Shown here: positions 26,434 through 37,675 of the stretch, in pieces
Position numbering within the stretch: the stretch's first letter is position 1
How the letters are laid out: each line of letters starts with the position of its first letter
Assembly (NCBI GenBank): GCA_016786565.1
Contig: JAEUVY010000127.1
Span: 4,476-68,475 of the forward strand
Reading direction: 5' to 3'
Source: Flavipsychrobacter sp.
GTDB lineage: Bacteria > Bacteroidota > Bacteroidia > Chitinophagales > Chitinophagaceae
Length of the DNA: 64,000 bases
Translations under genes and position numbers: made by a program
Notes under the pieces: model-generated
The model's input: only the letters and a program-made list of their open reading frames with translations
Told to the model about the DNA's origin: nothing
Database searches by the model: none

Positions 26434-27717
26434 TCATATGACCACCACTTCGTAATAATCTTTCGGATCAAAGTATTTCCGAGCTAACGCCTGCAACTCA
26501 GCAGGCGTTATGCTTTTATAGATCCTAACGTTGTTATTAAAATAATTTTCGTCGAAACCGTTGAGGATGATGCTGCGCCAGCGGTGCAATATAGAGAACG
26601 GTCCGTCGAGGTCGCCGAGGAGCCCACCCAGCAGGTAGTTCTTCACCAGCAGTAGTTCTTCATCGTCGGCCTGCTCATTGCACAGCAGTTCCATCTCTTT
26701 GTAGATTTCGGTAACTGCAGCTTCCACCACATCTCTGCCGGTCTCGGTATGTATGGTGAGTGAGCCACCGTTCAGATCGGGTGCAAGAGAGCTGTAGATG
26801 CCATAAGTATACCCCTTCTCTTCGCGTATGTTGCTCATCAGCCTTGACCCGAAGTAACCTCCGAACAGTGTGTTAAGCACTACCATCGGGGTGTAGTCGG
26901 GGTGGTGGCGGTTAGGGAACAGGCGCCCTATACGGATAGCACCCTGCACACCGTTAGGATCGTTGCTGATGCGGTGTTTGCGCTCTGCAGCACTTTGCAC
27001 CGCATATTCGTTCTTAGTGGTTTCAGCCGGCGTCAATTGCAGTTTGCCAAAGGTGTCGTTCAGCACCTTCACTTCTGCATCGCCTATCTTGCCACCCATG
27101 AAGATCTTCACATTGGCCAGGTTGTAGCACCTGTTGTAGAACGTCACTACGTCCTCCCGCTGCAGGGCTTCGATCTTCTCCTTCCGCGAATATCGGCCAT
27201 AAGGATGCTCCTCGCCAAACATGAGCGCGTCTATCTGTTGGTTGGCCACAAACTCGCACTGGCGCAGATGTACCAGCAACTTCTGTATGGCGTTGCGCTT
27301 GTGCAGTTCCAGCTCCGCCTCAGGGTAGATACTGTCGGTAAGCATCTCTACTACCATTGGCAGCAACTCTGGCAGGTGCCTGGTCAAGGTGTGCAGCGTT
27401 ACGGTAGCTTTGTCGTTGCCGGCACTTACCTTTAGCTGTGCGCCATAAAATTCCAGCGCTTCATGTATCTGCTTCGAGGTGTGCTTCGAGGTTCCGCTCT
27501 TCAGCAATGCTGCTGCGGCGTGCGCTACAGATGGTGCCTGCTCGTACCATAGGCCGGCTGGGAAAACCCAATCTATCTCTACCACGTCCTGCACTCCGGC
27601 ATTGAGCCAGTATAGCGGCAGGCCATTGTCGAGGCTCACTTTGTTGATAGCCGGCAACACGTAGTCGAACTCAACTGCATCGTGTATCGGCGGTGCTATT
27701 TTACGATCTATGACCAT
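26434..27717 (-). CDS. M16 (insulinase/pitrilysin) family protein, non-catalytic type
   Basis: 427 aa with M16 two-domain length and pattern. I found no HxxEH zinc motif in the N-terminal part. Confidence 0.75.
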   Translation of the reverse strand: MVIDRKIAPPIHDAVEFDYVLPAINKVSLDNGLPLYWLNAGVQDVVEIDWVFPAGLWYEQAPSVAHAAAALLKSGTSKHTSKQIHEALEFYGAQLKVSAGNDKATVTLHTLTRHLPELLPMVVEMLTDSIYPEAELELHKRNAIQKLLVHLRQCEFVANQQIDALMFGEEHPYGRYSRKEKIEALQREDVVTFYNRCYNLANVKIFMGGKIGDAEVKVLNDTFGKLQLTPAETTKNEYAVQSAAERKHRISNDPNGVQGAIRIGRLFPNRHHPDYTPMVVLNTLFGGYFGSRLMSNIREEKGYTYGIYSSLAPDLNGGSLTIHTETGRDVVEAAVTEIYKEMELLCNEQADDEELLLVKNYLLGGLLGDLDGPFSILHRWRSIILNGFDENYFNNNVRIYKSITPAELQALARKYFDPKDYYEVVVI

Positions 27718-27725
27718 AGTGTTTT

Positions 27726-28238
27726 TTATTTTACAAAGAGTGCACGCAATTCACCGGCATCTTCGGCTTTCATTTTTCCGCCTAATATCAATCGCAGCTG
27801 CCGGCGACGAAGAGCGCCATCAAACATTCTCGTTTCCTCTTCTGTTTCGGGTATCAGTTCGGGTACTTTCCTCGGGCGACCGTTGGGGTCAAGCGCTACA
27901 AAAGTGAGGTATGCCTCGTTGGAAAGGTACTTGTATTGCGCCGACAGATCTTCACCCCACACCCTGATGAACACCTCCATAGAGGTATTAAAAGAACGTG
28001 TAAGCTTTGCTTCGATCGTGAGCAGGTTGCCCAGTTTAATGGGGTTTGCAAAAGACACATTGTCAACAGATGCAGTAACAACCGGGCAACTGCAGTGCTT
28101 TTGTGCTGCTATAGCAGCGGCAATGTCCATCCAGTGCATCAGTCGGCCACCCATCAGGTTGCCCAGCGTGTTGGTGTCGTTCGGCAACACCAATTCCGAC
28201 ATCACAACAAAGGTGTCTTTCGGATTTTTAGCTTTCAT
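27726..28238 (-). CDS. Acyl-CoA thioesterase (hotdog fold, YciA/ACOT-like)
   Basis: ..MSELVLPNDTNTLGNLMGGRLMHWMDIAAAIAAQKH.. is a classic acyl-CoA thioester hydrolase signature. Confidence 0.88.
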   Translation of the reverse strand: MKAKNPKDTFVVMSELVLPNDTNTLGNLMGGRLMHWMDIAAAIAAQKHCSCPVVTASVDNVSFANPIKLGNLLTIEAKLTRSFNTSMEVFIRVWGEDLSAQYKYLSNEAYLTFVALDPNGRPRKVPELIPETEEETRMFDGALRRRQLRLILGGKMKAEDAGELRALFVK

Positions 28239-28291
28239 CTTGGTATCGTTTGAAGCGGCAAGGTATCACTTTGCCTGTTATAAAAATGTTG

Positions 28292-29728
28292 TTATTTGAT
28301 CAATTCAGTATATGGCATTATAGTATAGGGTACTGTGGTATCAATATCAAAGTACTGACGATTGAGGTTTTCGGGCACCAGCATGTCAAAACTAATGCTG
28401 ATCGCATCGGGTTTCAGCAACGCGTCACGCTTGGCATTATCGCCTGAGTCAATGATACAGAATGTTCTTTGCGGCCGCTCTCCGTTCATCGCCGACATGA
28501 GTATACATTCATTGGGCAGCGACCAGTCCAGCATCAGCTTCTTTCTGAGGTCTTTGTCGGCATACAAGGCCAGCTTGGTGATGCCACGTTCTTTCATTTC
28601 TGCAAATACATCTTCCTTGAATTTTGTTCTCCATTCATAATCTCCTGCATAAGCATAGATGTATGCCAGACGTATGACAATAATGATGGCGACTACAAAC
28701 ATGGATGTTGCCTGTTTCAGCCGTGGAAGATAGTAGAACACAAACGGCATGGAACAAATGATGCTCAACGACATCCACTCGCTCTCAATGTGGAAGAGCG
28801 CAAAGTCGGCATCGTAACCTCCATAAGTCAGGCTCATTACTATGCCATACCCAATGCATGACAGTATAGTCCACCCCAACAGGCGCTTGTTACCGGCCTT
28901 GTATAGAAACCATAATCCCGCAAGCAGCACAAATATCGCCGGCCAATACAAGAGGAAACAACGCTTGATGAACACCTTTGTTACCGGTGTGTTCCATGAC
29001 AACAGGACGTCTTTTATACTGAAATGTGTGACACCATGAAGTGCGGCACCATCATAAGGCTGGCTAATGCTGAAGAGGAACTTCGTTGCGATGACGGCTA
29101 TCAGAAGGGTGCTGTAGATACCTTTCTGTCGAACCGCCATCGCCCCACTTTCATCATCCATCATCAGGAAAACCCACAGAAAAACAAAGGGTATTATCAC
29201 GATAAAGTGTGTGGACACAGTAACCGCTGCCAACAAGAAAAAGAGCACATACTGCAATGCTACATTTGCTCCTCGTTGCTGCAGATATTTCATTGTGCCG
29301 ATGGTGAGAAACAGCCAGGCAACTGCCTGATGGATCTCGTTGTTTGTCCAGTAGTAAGATGACGTTACAAATAGCAAGTAATACAATGCCATTACTATAG
29401 TGAGCCTGTATTGCCGGTATGCAAAATACAAACAGGAAGAAACGGCAAGATAAAAAATGCTGAAGCTGAGCGAATAGGCTATGAGGATCGACTTTATCGG
29501 CGCGTTCAGTTTCTGGCCGATCAACGGCACCATCTGCGTGACAAAAGACCCCAGGCGATGCTCCTGTATATAGAATCGTTTGTAGTTAAGTACGTTGAAA
29601 ACAACAAACGAGGCATCAGCAAAGAAAACGCGCTCTTTGAACCAAACAACTGCTCCCACCAGCAGCAACACCATCGCTACAAGCGCCAGTGTTGCCGGAC
29701 GTTTTAATGAGCGCTCGTTTGCATCCAT
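28292..29728 (-). CDS. Polytopic integral membrane protein, function unknown
   Basis: 478 aa with at least 10 hydrophobic segments followed by a soluble C-terminal domain. I recognise no family. Confidence 0.6.
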   Translation of the reverse strand: MDANERSLKRPATLALVAMVLLLVGAVVWFKERVFFADASFVVFNVLNYKRFYIQEHRLGSFVTQMVPLIGQKLNAPIKSILIAYSLSFSIFYLAVSSCLYFAYRQYRLTIVMALYYLLFVTSSYYWTNNEIHQAVAWLFLTIGTMKYLQQRGANVALQYVLFFLLAAVTVSTHFIVIIPFVFLWVFLMMDDESGAMAVRQKGIYSTLLIAVIATKFLFSISQPYDGAALHGVTHFSIKDVLLSWNTPVTKVFIKRCFLLYWPAIFVLLAGLWFLYKAGNKRLLGWTILSCIGYGIVMSLTYGGYDADFALFHIESEWMSLSIICSMPFVFYYLPRLKQATSMFVVAIIIVIRLAYIYAYAGDYEWRTKFKEDVFAEMKERGITKLALYADKDLRKKLMLDWSLPNECILMSAMNGERPQRTFCIIDSGDNAKRDALLKPDAISISFDMLVPENLNRQYFDIDTTVPYTIMPYTELIK

Positions 29729-29753
29729 TCGTTGTTTGTTTGATTATTGACGA

Positions 29754-30971
29754 CTACCTGTTGATCACCACCTGAGTTGTGAATTCCGGCACGCCATTTT
29801 CGCTGACCATCACATGGTATAAACCAGATAGTAAAAACCCAAGCAATGAGACTGTGGCATCGCCCTTACTTCCATCAAACCGACCTGACATTACCTCCCG
29901 GCCTGATATATCGCTGATAGTGTATTGGTATGGTACGCTTCTCGGAACAACAAAATGCAACGTATTGTTTGCCGGATTGGGATAGACAGCAAACCGAACA
30001 CTACCACTCAAATTTTCTGTCGCTACCGGTTCCAGCCTTTGATGATGATAGACAACTTTTGACGGGGTGGAAAACCCTGCATCTTTGTATTGAACCGAAA
30101 CAAGGGGCGTTATTTCTCCTGCGCGATAGTACGACTGAGAGTAAACGGTATCTTTCTTTCCCTGTGTAAGACCCAAAAGGGTCAGATACGCTCCCGGAGC
30201 TACGGCACTACCCGTGTAAAAACTGTCGGTAGTGTACGTAGTTATTTGTGTCTGCAGGACATTGACATATGGAGACGGAGCACCGGTTGAATTCTTTACA
30301 CGCATCGTGCCCCAGCCAACAACTGTATCTTTCCGTACCGTAAAACGCCTTTGGGTGAATTGCTGATGGGAGAGAGAGAATGCAGAAATGGACAACTCAA
30401 AAACAATATCAGAAGAAAACACAGATTGCCATGCGCTTCCGGATGTTGAAGGAAATGCAATCTTCACCAGATGCGTAGAATATAAACTTGTCTGTGCAGG
30501 AATGAAAATAGAGTCAAATGGCGCTGCAGTTAGGCTGGAAAGACTATACGCAGCATAATTTGCTTTCATTGAGTATTCAAATATACCTGTTGATGTGACA
30601 GAATTTGATCTAAATTGGGAGAAAGTAAATGTTGAAATTCTTCCAACTCCGCTATCACCAAAATGATACGTTGGAACGGCAACCCGATAGGACAACAAGG
30701 CAGCCGAACTATCGGTTGCAGCTGAAATATCCCAGCTACCTCCTGTAGCCGGCGTCAGCGATGGCAATGGTGCAGTGTAGCTTAATTGTCGCAGACTATC
30801 TGTTCCTACCAGAACACCGGGGTAATCGGTGGCGGTAAGCGTGATCTGACCATATCCGGTCAGGAACGTGCAGCAAAGAATGATGATAGCAGATAATGAA
30901 CGCACTGAATATATTTTTGAGTAAATATATTTGAAAATAGCTGAACAATAAAATTCTTTGCCTCTCGACAA
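29754..30971 (-). CDS. Secreted T9SS cargo protein
   Basis: C-terminus ..FAVYPNPANNTLHFVV...GLYHVMVSE is a T9SS CTD. Hydrophobic leader LSAIIILCCTFLTGYGQ. The exact start is uncertain. Confidence 0.75.
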   Translation of the reverse strand: MSRGKEFYCSAIFKYIYSKIYSVRSLSAIIILCCTFLTGYGQITLTATDYPGVLVGTDSLRQLSYTAPLPSLTPATGGSWDISAATDSSAALLSYRVAVPTYHFGDSGVGRISTFTFSQFRSNSVTSTGIFEYSMKANYAAYSLSSLTAAPFDSIFIPAQTSLYSTHLVKIAFPSTSGSAWQSVFSSDIVFELSISAFSLSHQQFTQRRFTVRKDTVVGWGTMRVKNSTGAPSPYVNVLQTQITTYTTDSFYTGSAVAPGAYLTLLGLTQGKKDTVYSQSYYRAGEITPLVSVQYKDAGFSTPSKVVYHHQRLEPVATENLSGSVRFAVYPNPANNTLHFVVPRSVPYQYTISDISGREVMSGRFDGSKGDATVSLLGFLLSGLYHVMVSENGVPEFTTQVVINR

Positions 30972-30977
30972 TATTGG

Positions 30978-33827
30978 CTACTTACTCAAGTGCATGCTTC
31001 GCTCTTTATACAACTGCCTGAACCAAGGATCGCGCAGATTCTTGATGAACCTGATCGCCTCACCTGTGCTTTTCATCTCAGGTCCCAGCTCTTTGTTCAC
31101 ATTGGGGAACTTGTTGAAGCTGAATACAGGCTCTTTCACTGCAAAACCTTCCAGATTCTTTTCCATCACAAAGTCTTTCAGCTTCTTTTCCCCCATCATT
31201 ACTTTCGTAGCAATATTGAGATATGGGATGTTGTAGGCTTTTGCAATGAACGGTGTTGTGCGGCTGGCACGTGGGTTAGCCTCTATCACGTATACCTTAT
31301 TGTCCTTGATGGCAAACTGAATATTGATCAGTCCGCGCACATTAAGGCGTAATGCGATCTTTTTGGCTATGTCGGCCATCTCCTCAACTACCAACGGCCC
31401 CAGATTGAATACCGGCAGCAACGCATGGCTGTCGCCACTGTGAATACCTGCCGGCTCTATGTGTTCCATAATACCCATTATGTGTACCTCTTCGCCGTCA
31501 CATATTGCGTCTACTTCCGCCTCCTGACACCTGTCCAGGAAGTGGTCGATAAGTATCTTGTTGCCGGGCAAATGTTTCAAAAGGCTCACGACACTTTTTT
31601 CCAGCTCTTGATCGTTGATAACAATACGCATGCGCTGCCCGCCCAAAACGTATGACGGACGAACCAGAACAGGATAACCAACCTCCTTGGCCACTTCTAT
31701 TGCCTCATCGGTTGTATATGCGGTTCCATATCGCGGATACGGTATGTTTAATTCCTTCAGTGTATCGCTGAACCTGCCGCGATCTTCGGCAATGTCCATG
31801 TTGTCGAAAGAGGTACCAATGATCCTGATCCCTTTTTCATGAAGCCTTTTTGCAAGCTTTAAGGCCGTCTGCCCACCCAACTGAACTATGACACCATCGG
31901 GCTGTTCGTGCTCTATGATCTCCCACAGATGCTCCCAGTTCACCGGCTCAAAGTAGAGCTTGTCTGCAATATCAAAGTCGGTAGAAACGGTCTCAGGGTT
32001 GCAGTTCACCATTATAGACTCGTAACCACATTCGCGTATAGCCAGCAGGCCATGTGTACAGCAGTAATCAAACTCAATACCCTGACCTATACGGTTAGGG
32101 CCAGAGCCCAATACAATGATCTTCTTCTTTTTGCTGACAATGCTCTCATTCGAAAGCACTTCGCGTGGCGACGATTGTGGCTTGTTTTCAAATGTGCTGT
32201 AGTAGTAAGGAGTCTTTGCTTCAAACTCTGCACTACAAGTATCCACCATTTTGAACACCCTTGTTATCCCAAGCGCCTTTCGGAATTCATATACTTCTTC
32301 TGCCGAGCAATCGCTGAGCAACTCTGCTATCTGTTCATCACCAAAGCCCATCTTTTTTGCTTCGCGCATCAAAGACTCGGGCATTTTATCAAGGTGCTTA
32401 ATTTTTCTGATCTCATTTTCCAGATTCACAATGTCCTGGATCTGGTATAGGAACCAACGGTCTATCTGTGTCAGCTCGCGGATCGTTTTTATCGATACGC
32501 CGGCAGCCATGGCTTCCTTTATCCTGAAGATCCTGTCCCAGGTAGGTCGCTTCAGCGTATCTATCAGTTCTTCCGGCTTCAGCCTGCTGGTACTTATGAA
32601 AGAAAGACCGGTCGCATTATTCTCAAGACTTTGGCATGCCTTCTGCAAAGCCTCGGGGAATGTACGCCCAATGGCCATCACCTCTCCCACAGACTTCATC
32701 TGCAAGCCCAGTGTGTCGTCGGCACCTTTGAATTTATCAAAGTTCCACCGTGGCATTTTTACAATCACGTAATCGAGTGCGGGCTCGAAGTAAGCTGAAG
32801 TGGTCTGCGTTATCTGGTTACTCAATTCATCGAGCGAGTATCCTATCGCCAGTTTTGCAGCTATCTTAGCGATCGGGTATCCGGTTGCCTTTGAGGCAAG
32901 GGCCGATGATCTGCTCACGCGAGGATTGATCTCTATCGCGATGATCTCTTCGGTCTCAGGATTCAAAGCAAACTGCACATTACAGCCCCCGGCAAAATTG
33001 CCCAGATCGCGCATCATACGGATGGCCGTATTCCTCATCAGCTGAAAAGCAGTATCACTCAGGGTCATGGCAGGCGCCACAGTTATGCTATCGCCGGTAT
33101 GGATACCCATGGGGTCAAAATTCTCAACGGTACATATGATCGTCACGTTGTCTTTCATATCCCTCAACAGCTCCAGCTCAAATTCTTTCCAACCCATTAC
33201 CGCTTTTTCCACCAGCACTTCATGTATGGGTGATGCCGTGAGGCCTCTTTCCAGCGCACCATCCAATTCTTCCTTATTGAACACTATTCCGCCACCGGTA
33301 CCACCAAGGGTAAATGAAGGCCTTATAACCAGCGGAATACCGATCTCCTGAGCAAACTCTTTTCCTTCCAGCAAAGAATTGGCGGTTTTTGCTGTAGCAA
33401 CCGGCACGCCCAGCTCTATCATCCATTTACGGAACAGCTCACGATCTTCTGCTTTATCAATCGCTTTAATGTCCACACCTATCAGGCGAACATTGTGCCG
33501 CTCCCATATTCCCAACTCATCCGCTTCTTTTGCAAGGTTCAGCGCTGTTTGTCCACCCATGGTAGGCAGTACCGCATCTATCTGGTTTTCTTCCAGTATC
33601 TGCTCCAGACTCTCAACGGTTAGTGGTAAAAGATATACCCTGTCGGCCATGATCGGGTCGGTCATGATAGTAGCGGGGTTTGAATTGATAAGGATGACCC
33701 TTACCCCTTCTTCCCTGAGACTACGAGCCGCCTGTGAACCCGAATAGTCGAATTCACACGCCTGACCGATAATGATTGGTCCCGAACCGATGATGAGAAC
33801 ACTTTTGATGGATAGATCGCGTGGCAT
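30978..33827 (-). CDS. carB: Carbamoyl-phosphate synthase large subunit
   Basis: The N-terminus [33 protein letters not shown] is the canonical CarB start. It has duplicated ATP-grasp halves (second half [24 protein letters not shown]). Confidence 0.97.
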   Translation of the reverse strand: MPRDLSIKSVLIIGSGPIIIGQACEFDYSGSQAARSLREEGVRVILINSNPATIMTDPIMADRVYLLPLTVESLEQILEENQIDAVLPTMGGQTALNLAKEADELGIWERHNVRLIGVDIKAIDKAEDRELFRKWMIELGVPVATAKTANSLLEGKEFAQEIGIPLVIRPSFTLGGTGGGIVFNKEELDGALERGLTASPIHEVLVEKAVMGWKEFELELLRDMKDNVTIICTVENFDPMGIHTGDSITVAPAMTLSDTAFQLMRNTAIRMMRDLGNFAGGCNVQFALNPETEEIIAIEINPRVSRSSALASKATGYPIAKIAAKLAIGYSLDELSNQITQTTSAYFEPALDYVIVKMPRWNFDKFKGADDTLGLQMKSVGEVMAIGRTFPEALQKACQSLENNATGLSFISTSRLKPEELIDTLKRPTWDRIFRIKEAMAAGVSIKTIRELTQIDRWFLYQIQDIVNLENEIRKIKHLDKMPESLMREAKKMGFGDEQIAELLSDCSAEEVYEFRKALGITRVFKMVDTCSAEFEAKTPYYYSTFENKPQSSPREVLSNESIVSKKKKIIVLGSGPNRIGQGIEFDYCCTHGLLAIRECGYESIMVNCNPETVSTDFDIADKLYFEPVNWEHLWEIIEHEQPDGVIVQLGGQTALKLAKRLHEKGIRIIGTSFDNMDIAEDRGRFSDTLKELNIPYPRYGTAYTTDEAIEVAKEVGYPVLVRPSYVLGGQRMRIVINDQELEKSVVSLLKHLPGNKILIDHFLDRCQEAEVDAICDGEEVHIMGIMEHIEPAGIHSGDSHALLPVFNLGPLVVEEMADIAKKIALRLNVRGLINIQFAIKDNKVYVIEANPRASRTTPFIAKAYNIPYLNIATKVMMGEKKLKDFVMEKNLEGFAVKEPVFSFNKFPNVNKELGPEMKSTGEAIRFIKNLRDPWFRQLYKERSMHLSK

Positions 33828-34224
33828 TATAAAAAATTATGAAAGTTTAAATACTATTACCTGCAGAGAAACCATACAGGTCATTGGATATCCGGAGAGA
33901 TGAGCAGACATAAAAATCGGGCTCAACGCCCGAGGGGCAAAAGTAGGAAAAAAGACAGTAGTATCGGGCTATAATTTATTTACATATGAATAAAAAAGCG
34001 CGATAGAATTTTTGATGGAGTATATATCCTGAACATCATCCTTTTTGCCCGAAACGTGTTAATTGGAAAAATAATATTGCGGCAGATAGATAAATTAGCC
34101 CCATGTTAATAAAATAGTCAGAGAGGCATCAATATTTGCATATTTTTGCTGAAAATGGCGGCATTTTAGCCATTTTGAAATACTTTTTTGCACTTTTGTG
34201 CTTGATGTCATAAATCCCGGAGTA

Positions 34225-35256
34225 ATGAGTTTTTTAGGTTTTTTTAAATTTCTGACGCAGGAAATTGCGATCGATCTTGGCACTGCCAATACATTAATAA
34301 TACATAACGATCAGGTAGTTGTAGACGAACCATCGATTGTTGCGATAGACCGTACTACCAACAAGATAGTGGCAGTGGGAAAGAAAGCGATGATGATGCA
34401 CGAAAAGACCCACGAAAACCTGAAAACAATACGCCCGCTTAAAGATGGTGTGATAGCCGACTTTAATGCCGCAGAGGGTATGCTTCGGGAAATGATCAAA
34501 CTTGTTTATCCCAAAAAACCCATGTTCCCGCCAAGCTGGAGGATGGTGATCTGTATCCCATCGAGCATCACAGAAGTAGAAAAACGCGCTGTGCGCGACT
34601 CTGCAGAGCAGGCCGGAGCAAAGGAAGTATATATGATACACGAACCCATGGCAGCAGCTTTGGGTATAGGCATTGATGTTGAAGAGCCTACCGGCAACAT
34701 GATCATTGACATAGGCGGTGGTACAACCGGTATCTCAGTAATAGCGCTGGCTGGTATTGTATGCGATCAGTCTATTCGTATAGCGGGAGATGAATTCACA
34801 GGAGATATTATGGAAGCTATGCGTCGCTACCACAGCCTTATGATAGGTGAGCGCACGGCTGAGCAAATAAAAATACACGTGGGGTCGGCGCTGAAAGAAC
34901 TGGACAATCCGCCTGATGACATTGCAGTAAACGGTCGCGACCTTGTTACCGGCATTCCAAAGCAGATAATGGTATCTTACCAGGAAGTTGCTGAAGCATT
35001 AGACAAGTCCATTTTCAAAATAGAAGAAGCTATTCTCAAGGCGCTGGAAAGCACTCCTCCTGAACTTGCTGCCGACATATACAGAAGGGGCCTTTACCTG
35101 ACCGGTGGTGGTGCGCTTCTGAGGGGTCTTGACAAGAGGATATCCCACAAGATCAAACTTCCGGTTCATGTTGCCGACGACCCGCTGCGTGCGGTGGTGC
35201 GTGGCACCGGAATGGCGCTAAAGAATATTGCAAGGATGCCGTTCCTCATGAAGTAA
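34225..35256 (+). CDS. mreB: Rod shape-determining protein MreB
   Basis: ..EIAIDLGTANTLI.., ..NMIIDIGGGTTGISVI.., ..GLYLTGGGALLRGLD.. are actin-like ATPase motifs. Start taken at ATG 34225. Confidence 0.96.
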   Translation: MSFLGFFKFLTQEIAIDLGTANTLIIHNDQVVVDEPSIVAIDRTTNKIVAVGKKAMMMHEKTHENLKTIRPLKDGVIADFNAAEGMLREMIKLVYPKKPMFPPSWRMVICIPSSITEVEKRAVRDSAEQAGAKEVYMIHEPMAAALGIGIDVEEPTGNMIIDIGGGTTGISVIALAGIVCDQSIRIAGDEFTGDIMEAMRRYHSLMIGERTAEQIKIHVGSALKELDNPPDDIAVNGRDLVTGIPKQIMVSYQEVAEALDKSIFKIEEAILKALESTPPELAADIYRRGLYLTGGGALLRGLDKRISHKIKLPVHVADDPLRAVVRGTGMALKNIARMPFLMK

Positions 35257-35356
35257 CGCATTGCTTCAATTGTTAGCCTATTGGTTGCTGTTTAAGTGCA
35301 GATGCTATTGACACAATGATTGTGTTATAGACTCTTGATAAAATTAATCCGGACGG

Positions 35357-36214
35357 GTGCGCAATTTTATATTTTTCATACGCCGTTTTTTCAACCTCAT
35401 TTTGTTCCTGACATTAGAGGTGATATGCGTCGTAATGATAGAACGGACAAATACTTTACAGGGGAACGATATTGTAAGTTCGGCAAACGCTGTTTCGGGG
35501 CTCGTTTATAAAAAGCAGAACGACGTAGTATATTACTTTGGTCTGCGCCGCATGAACGATAGTCTACAGAACGAGAATGCCCGACTGAGACAAATAATAG
35601 AGCAGTATCGCAGCCTGGATACCCTGAGTGATTCGCTTGTGAAGACCAAAACACAGGTGGGCGACACTTCAAAACACATTGTACGGTTTGCGGAATATGT
35701 GTACCGCACCGCTCGCGTCATAAACAACTCGGTAAATGCTACCGATAATTTTATAACCATTAACAGGGGATCCCGACATGGTATTGGCAAAAACATGGCG
35801 GTGCTTTCGGGCTCCGGTGTGGTGGGCCGGGTAGAACATGTATCGGCAAACTACTCAAGCATATTATCGGTGCTGAGTGCAAAACAAAGAGTGAGTGCCC
35901 GCCTTAAAAACACAGCAAACGGATTTGTGGTTTGGGAAGGAAAAAACCCGCGGGTACTGACCATGATAGATGTACCACAGCAGGTAGAGGTAAAGAAAGG
36001 AGACTCGGTTTTCACCAATAGCTACTCACTTTATTTCCCTCCTGAAGTATTGATAGGCACGGTGATAAAGACCGAGCCAATTAAAAAGAACGCAATGCAA
36101 CACATATACCTGAAATCTTCGACCGATTTTGCGAATCTTCAGTATGTGTATGTGGTTGAAAACAAAATGCGCCAGGAAAAAACGCAGTTAGAGGACTCGA
36201 CAACAAAAAAGTGA
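35357..36214 (+). CDS. mreC: Rod shape-determining protein MreC
   Basis: N-terminal TM helix, a coiled-coil (LQNENARLRQIIEQY) and a beta-barrel domain (..GSRHGIGKNMAVLSGSGVVGRV..). It lies immediately after mreB. GTG start. Confidence 0.88.
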   Translation: MRNFIFFIRRFFNLILFLTLEVICVVMIERTNTLQGNDIVSSANAVSGLVYKKQNDVVYYFGLRRMNDSLQNENARLRQIIEQYRSLDTLSDSLVKTKTQVGDTSKHIVRFAEYVYRTARVINNSVNATDNFITINRGSRHGIGKNMAVLSGSGVVGRVEHVSANYSSILSVLSAKQRVSARLKNTANGFVVWEGKNPRVLTMIDVPQQVEVKKGDSVFTNSYSLYFPPEVLIGTVIKTEPIKKNAMQHIYLKSSTDFANLQYVYVVENKMRQEKTQLEDSTTKK

Positions 36215-36263
36215 TCGCCAGAAGAGCCGATATACCCCACAATATGACAAAAGAAAAAGCAGT

Positions 36264-36809
36264 ATGAACGTGTATCTTAAAAATATTCTGAGATTTTGCA
36301 TCATAGTTTCACTACAGGTGCTTATTCTCAACAAGATCACGCTGAGATGGTGGAGCGAACCGTCCGGATTCCCTGTTTTTATACCCTACATCTACCCACT
36401 ATTTATTCTCCTGCTTCCATTTGAAACTCCGGTATGGGCATTGCTTATATTGGGGTTCGTGTTGGGTGCCACTGTCGATTCGTTTGGCAACACAGCCGGT
36501 ATGCACGCATGTGCAACCGTACTTATTGCCTACCTCAGGACAAACGTATTGAGCGCACTGCTGCCACGCAATCTCTCAGAATATTCGGGGCTGCAGCCTT
36601 CCACCAGAAACATGGGCTGGATGCCCTTCCTTGTTTACAGCGGATTTCTCACCATTCTGCATCACCTGCTTTTCTTCAGCGTGGAACTCTGGAATCTCTC
36701 CAACGTTGGCCAATTGCTTTTGAAAACCGCTGCGTCTGCAGCAACTTCTATGCTCTTCATTATTGTTTACCTACTCCTGTTTACAAAACAGGATAATTCG
36801 AGAATCTAG
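36264..36809 (+). CDS. mreD: Rod shape-determining protein MreD
   Basis: 181-aa polytopic membrane protein directly after mreC. Confidence 0.75.
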   Translation: MNVYLKNILRFCIIVSLQVLILNKITLRWWSEPSGFPVFIPYIYPLFILLLPFETPVWALLILGFVLGATVDSFGNTAGMHACATVLIAYLRTNVLSALLPRNLSEYSGLQPSTRNMGWMPFLVYSGFLTILHHLLFFSVELWNLSNVGQLLLKTAASAATSMLFIIVYLLLFTKQDNSRI

Positions 36810-37645
36810 TCGAGCGGTAGAATATCGTTGAATACAATACCATAGGCCGAAACAGATAGATCTGGCTTGATCCAATTTGCAAAGAGATTTCCACCATTCG
36901 TTAAGCCGCAATTTATCTGCTTGACCCACCCCACTCCAGCATCATCTTTTATCAGACCGGCTCCAAAATATTGTGCCACAAAATACCCCGTATTTACCGG
37001 TGCATATGCCGCCGGCAATGACCCCATCAGGTAATAAAGTGAACCGGGAGAAGCCGCAAAATTCTGCGCGTTAGATGCTGTCAGCACTCCTCTTATGTGC
37101 AGCGTATTTGTTGTGTGATCCTTTTTGTAATACACCGTCCCGCTCACACCACCGTCCACTACCGATGTTGAAACAGACAGTGTCTTCCATGCAGCGTCTC
37201 TGTTGGCTGCACCAAACACTTTTCCGTAAGGGTTCAGATCGGTCAAGGGGAATCTCGTAGCGTCTGCAACTGTTCCCGTGGGCAGTACAGCAAGGCTCGC
37301 AGTTTTTTCATTGATCACATTTGGCGTGCTGCCGTCAAAGTAAATCAATGGTGCAGATGTCTCTGTTATCGACACGTACACGTCAGAGCCTCCGGTAGCG
37401 CCTGAAACAGACGAGCTCTCGCATCTTATCATTTCCCCATTGTAGAAAAACCAACCATTGGTAATGGAATAATCACCCGTTGATGGATTGCTGACAACCA
37501 TCCCGCTCACAACAACCGGCGCGCTGCCACTGCCACCCATTGCAGCCAATGCATTGGTCGCCTATATGTATGCCGATTGCAGATAATTAAGTTGGTCCTG
37601 CGTCAAGGGGAACCCTCCCGGCTTTGTAAAATCTATTGTCTTCAT
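36806..37645 (-). pseudogene. Tail fibre / receptor-binding protein gene with an in-frame TAG at codon 28
   Basis: ATG at 37643-37645 reads MKTIDFTKPGGFPLTQDQLNYLQSAYI, then TAG (37562-37564), then in frame ATNALAAMGGSGS.. into the 247-aa track ORF. The upstream ATG lies 30 nt after the preceding gene's stop, which fits the operon packing. Confidence 0.6.
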
Positions 37646-37675
37646 GTGCTTTATTTTTTCTCGCTTAAATAATCA

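Noticed and set aside
26434-27717. The M16 peptidase lacks an HxxEH zinc-binding motif.
   Set aside because: Non-catalytic M16 subunits or paralogues without the motif are common and usually pair with a catalytic partner encoded elsewhere. This is not unusual on its own.
30978-33827. CarB is only 949 aa, against about 1070 aa in E. coli, so it might be truncated.
   Set aside because: Both ATP-grasp halves are intact and the ORF ends cleanly. To my knowledge, CarB of about 950 aa lacking the C-terminal allosteric (MGS-like) domain is the usual form in Bacteroidota.
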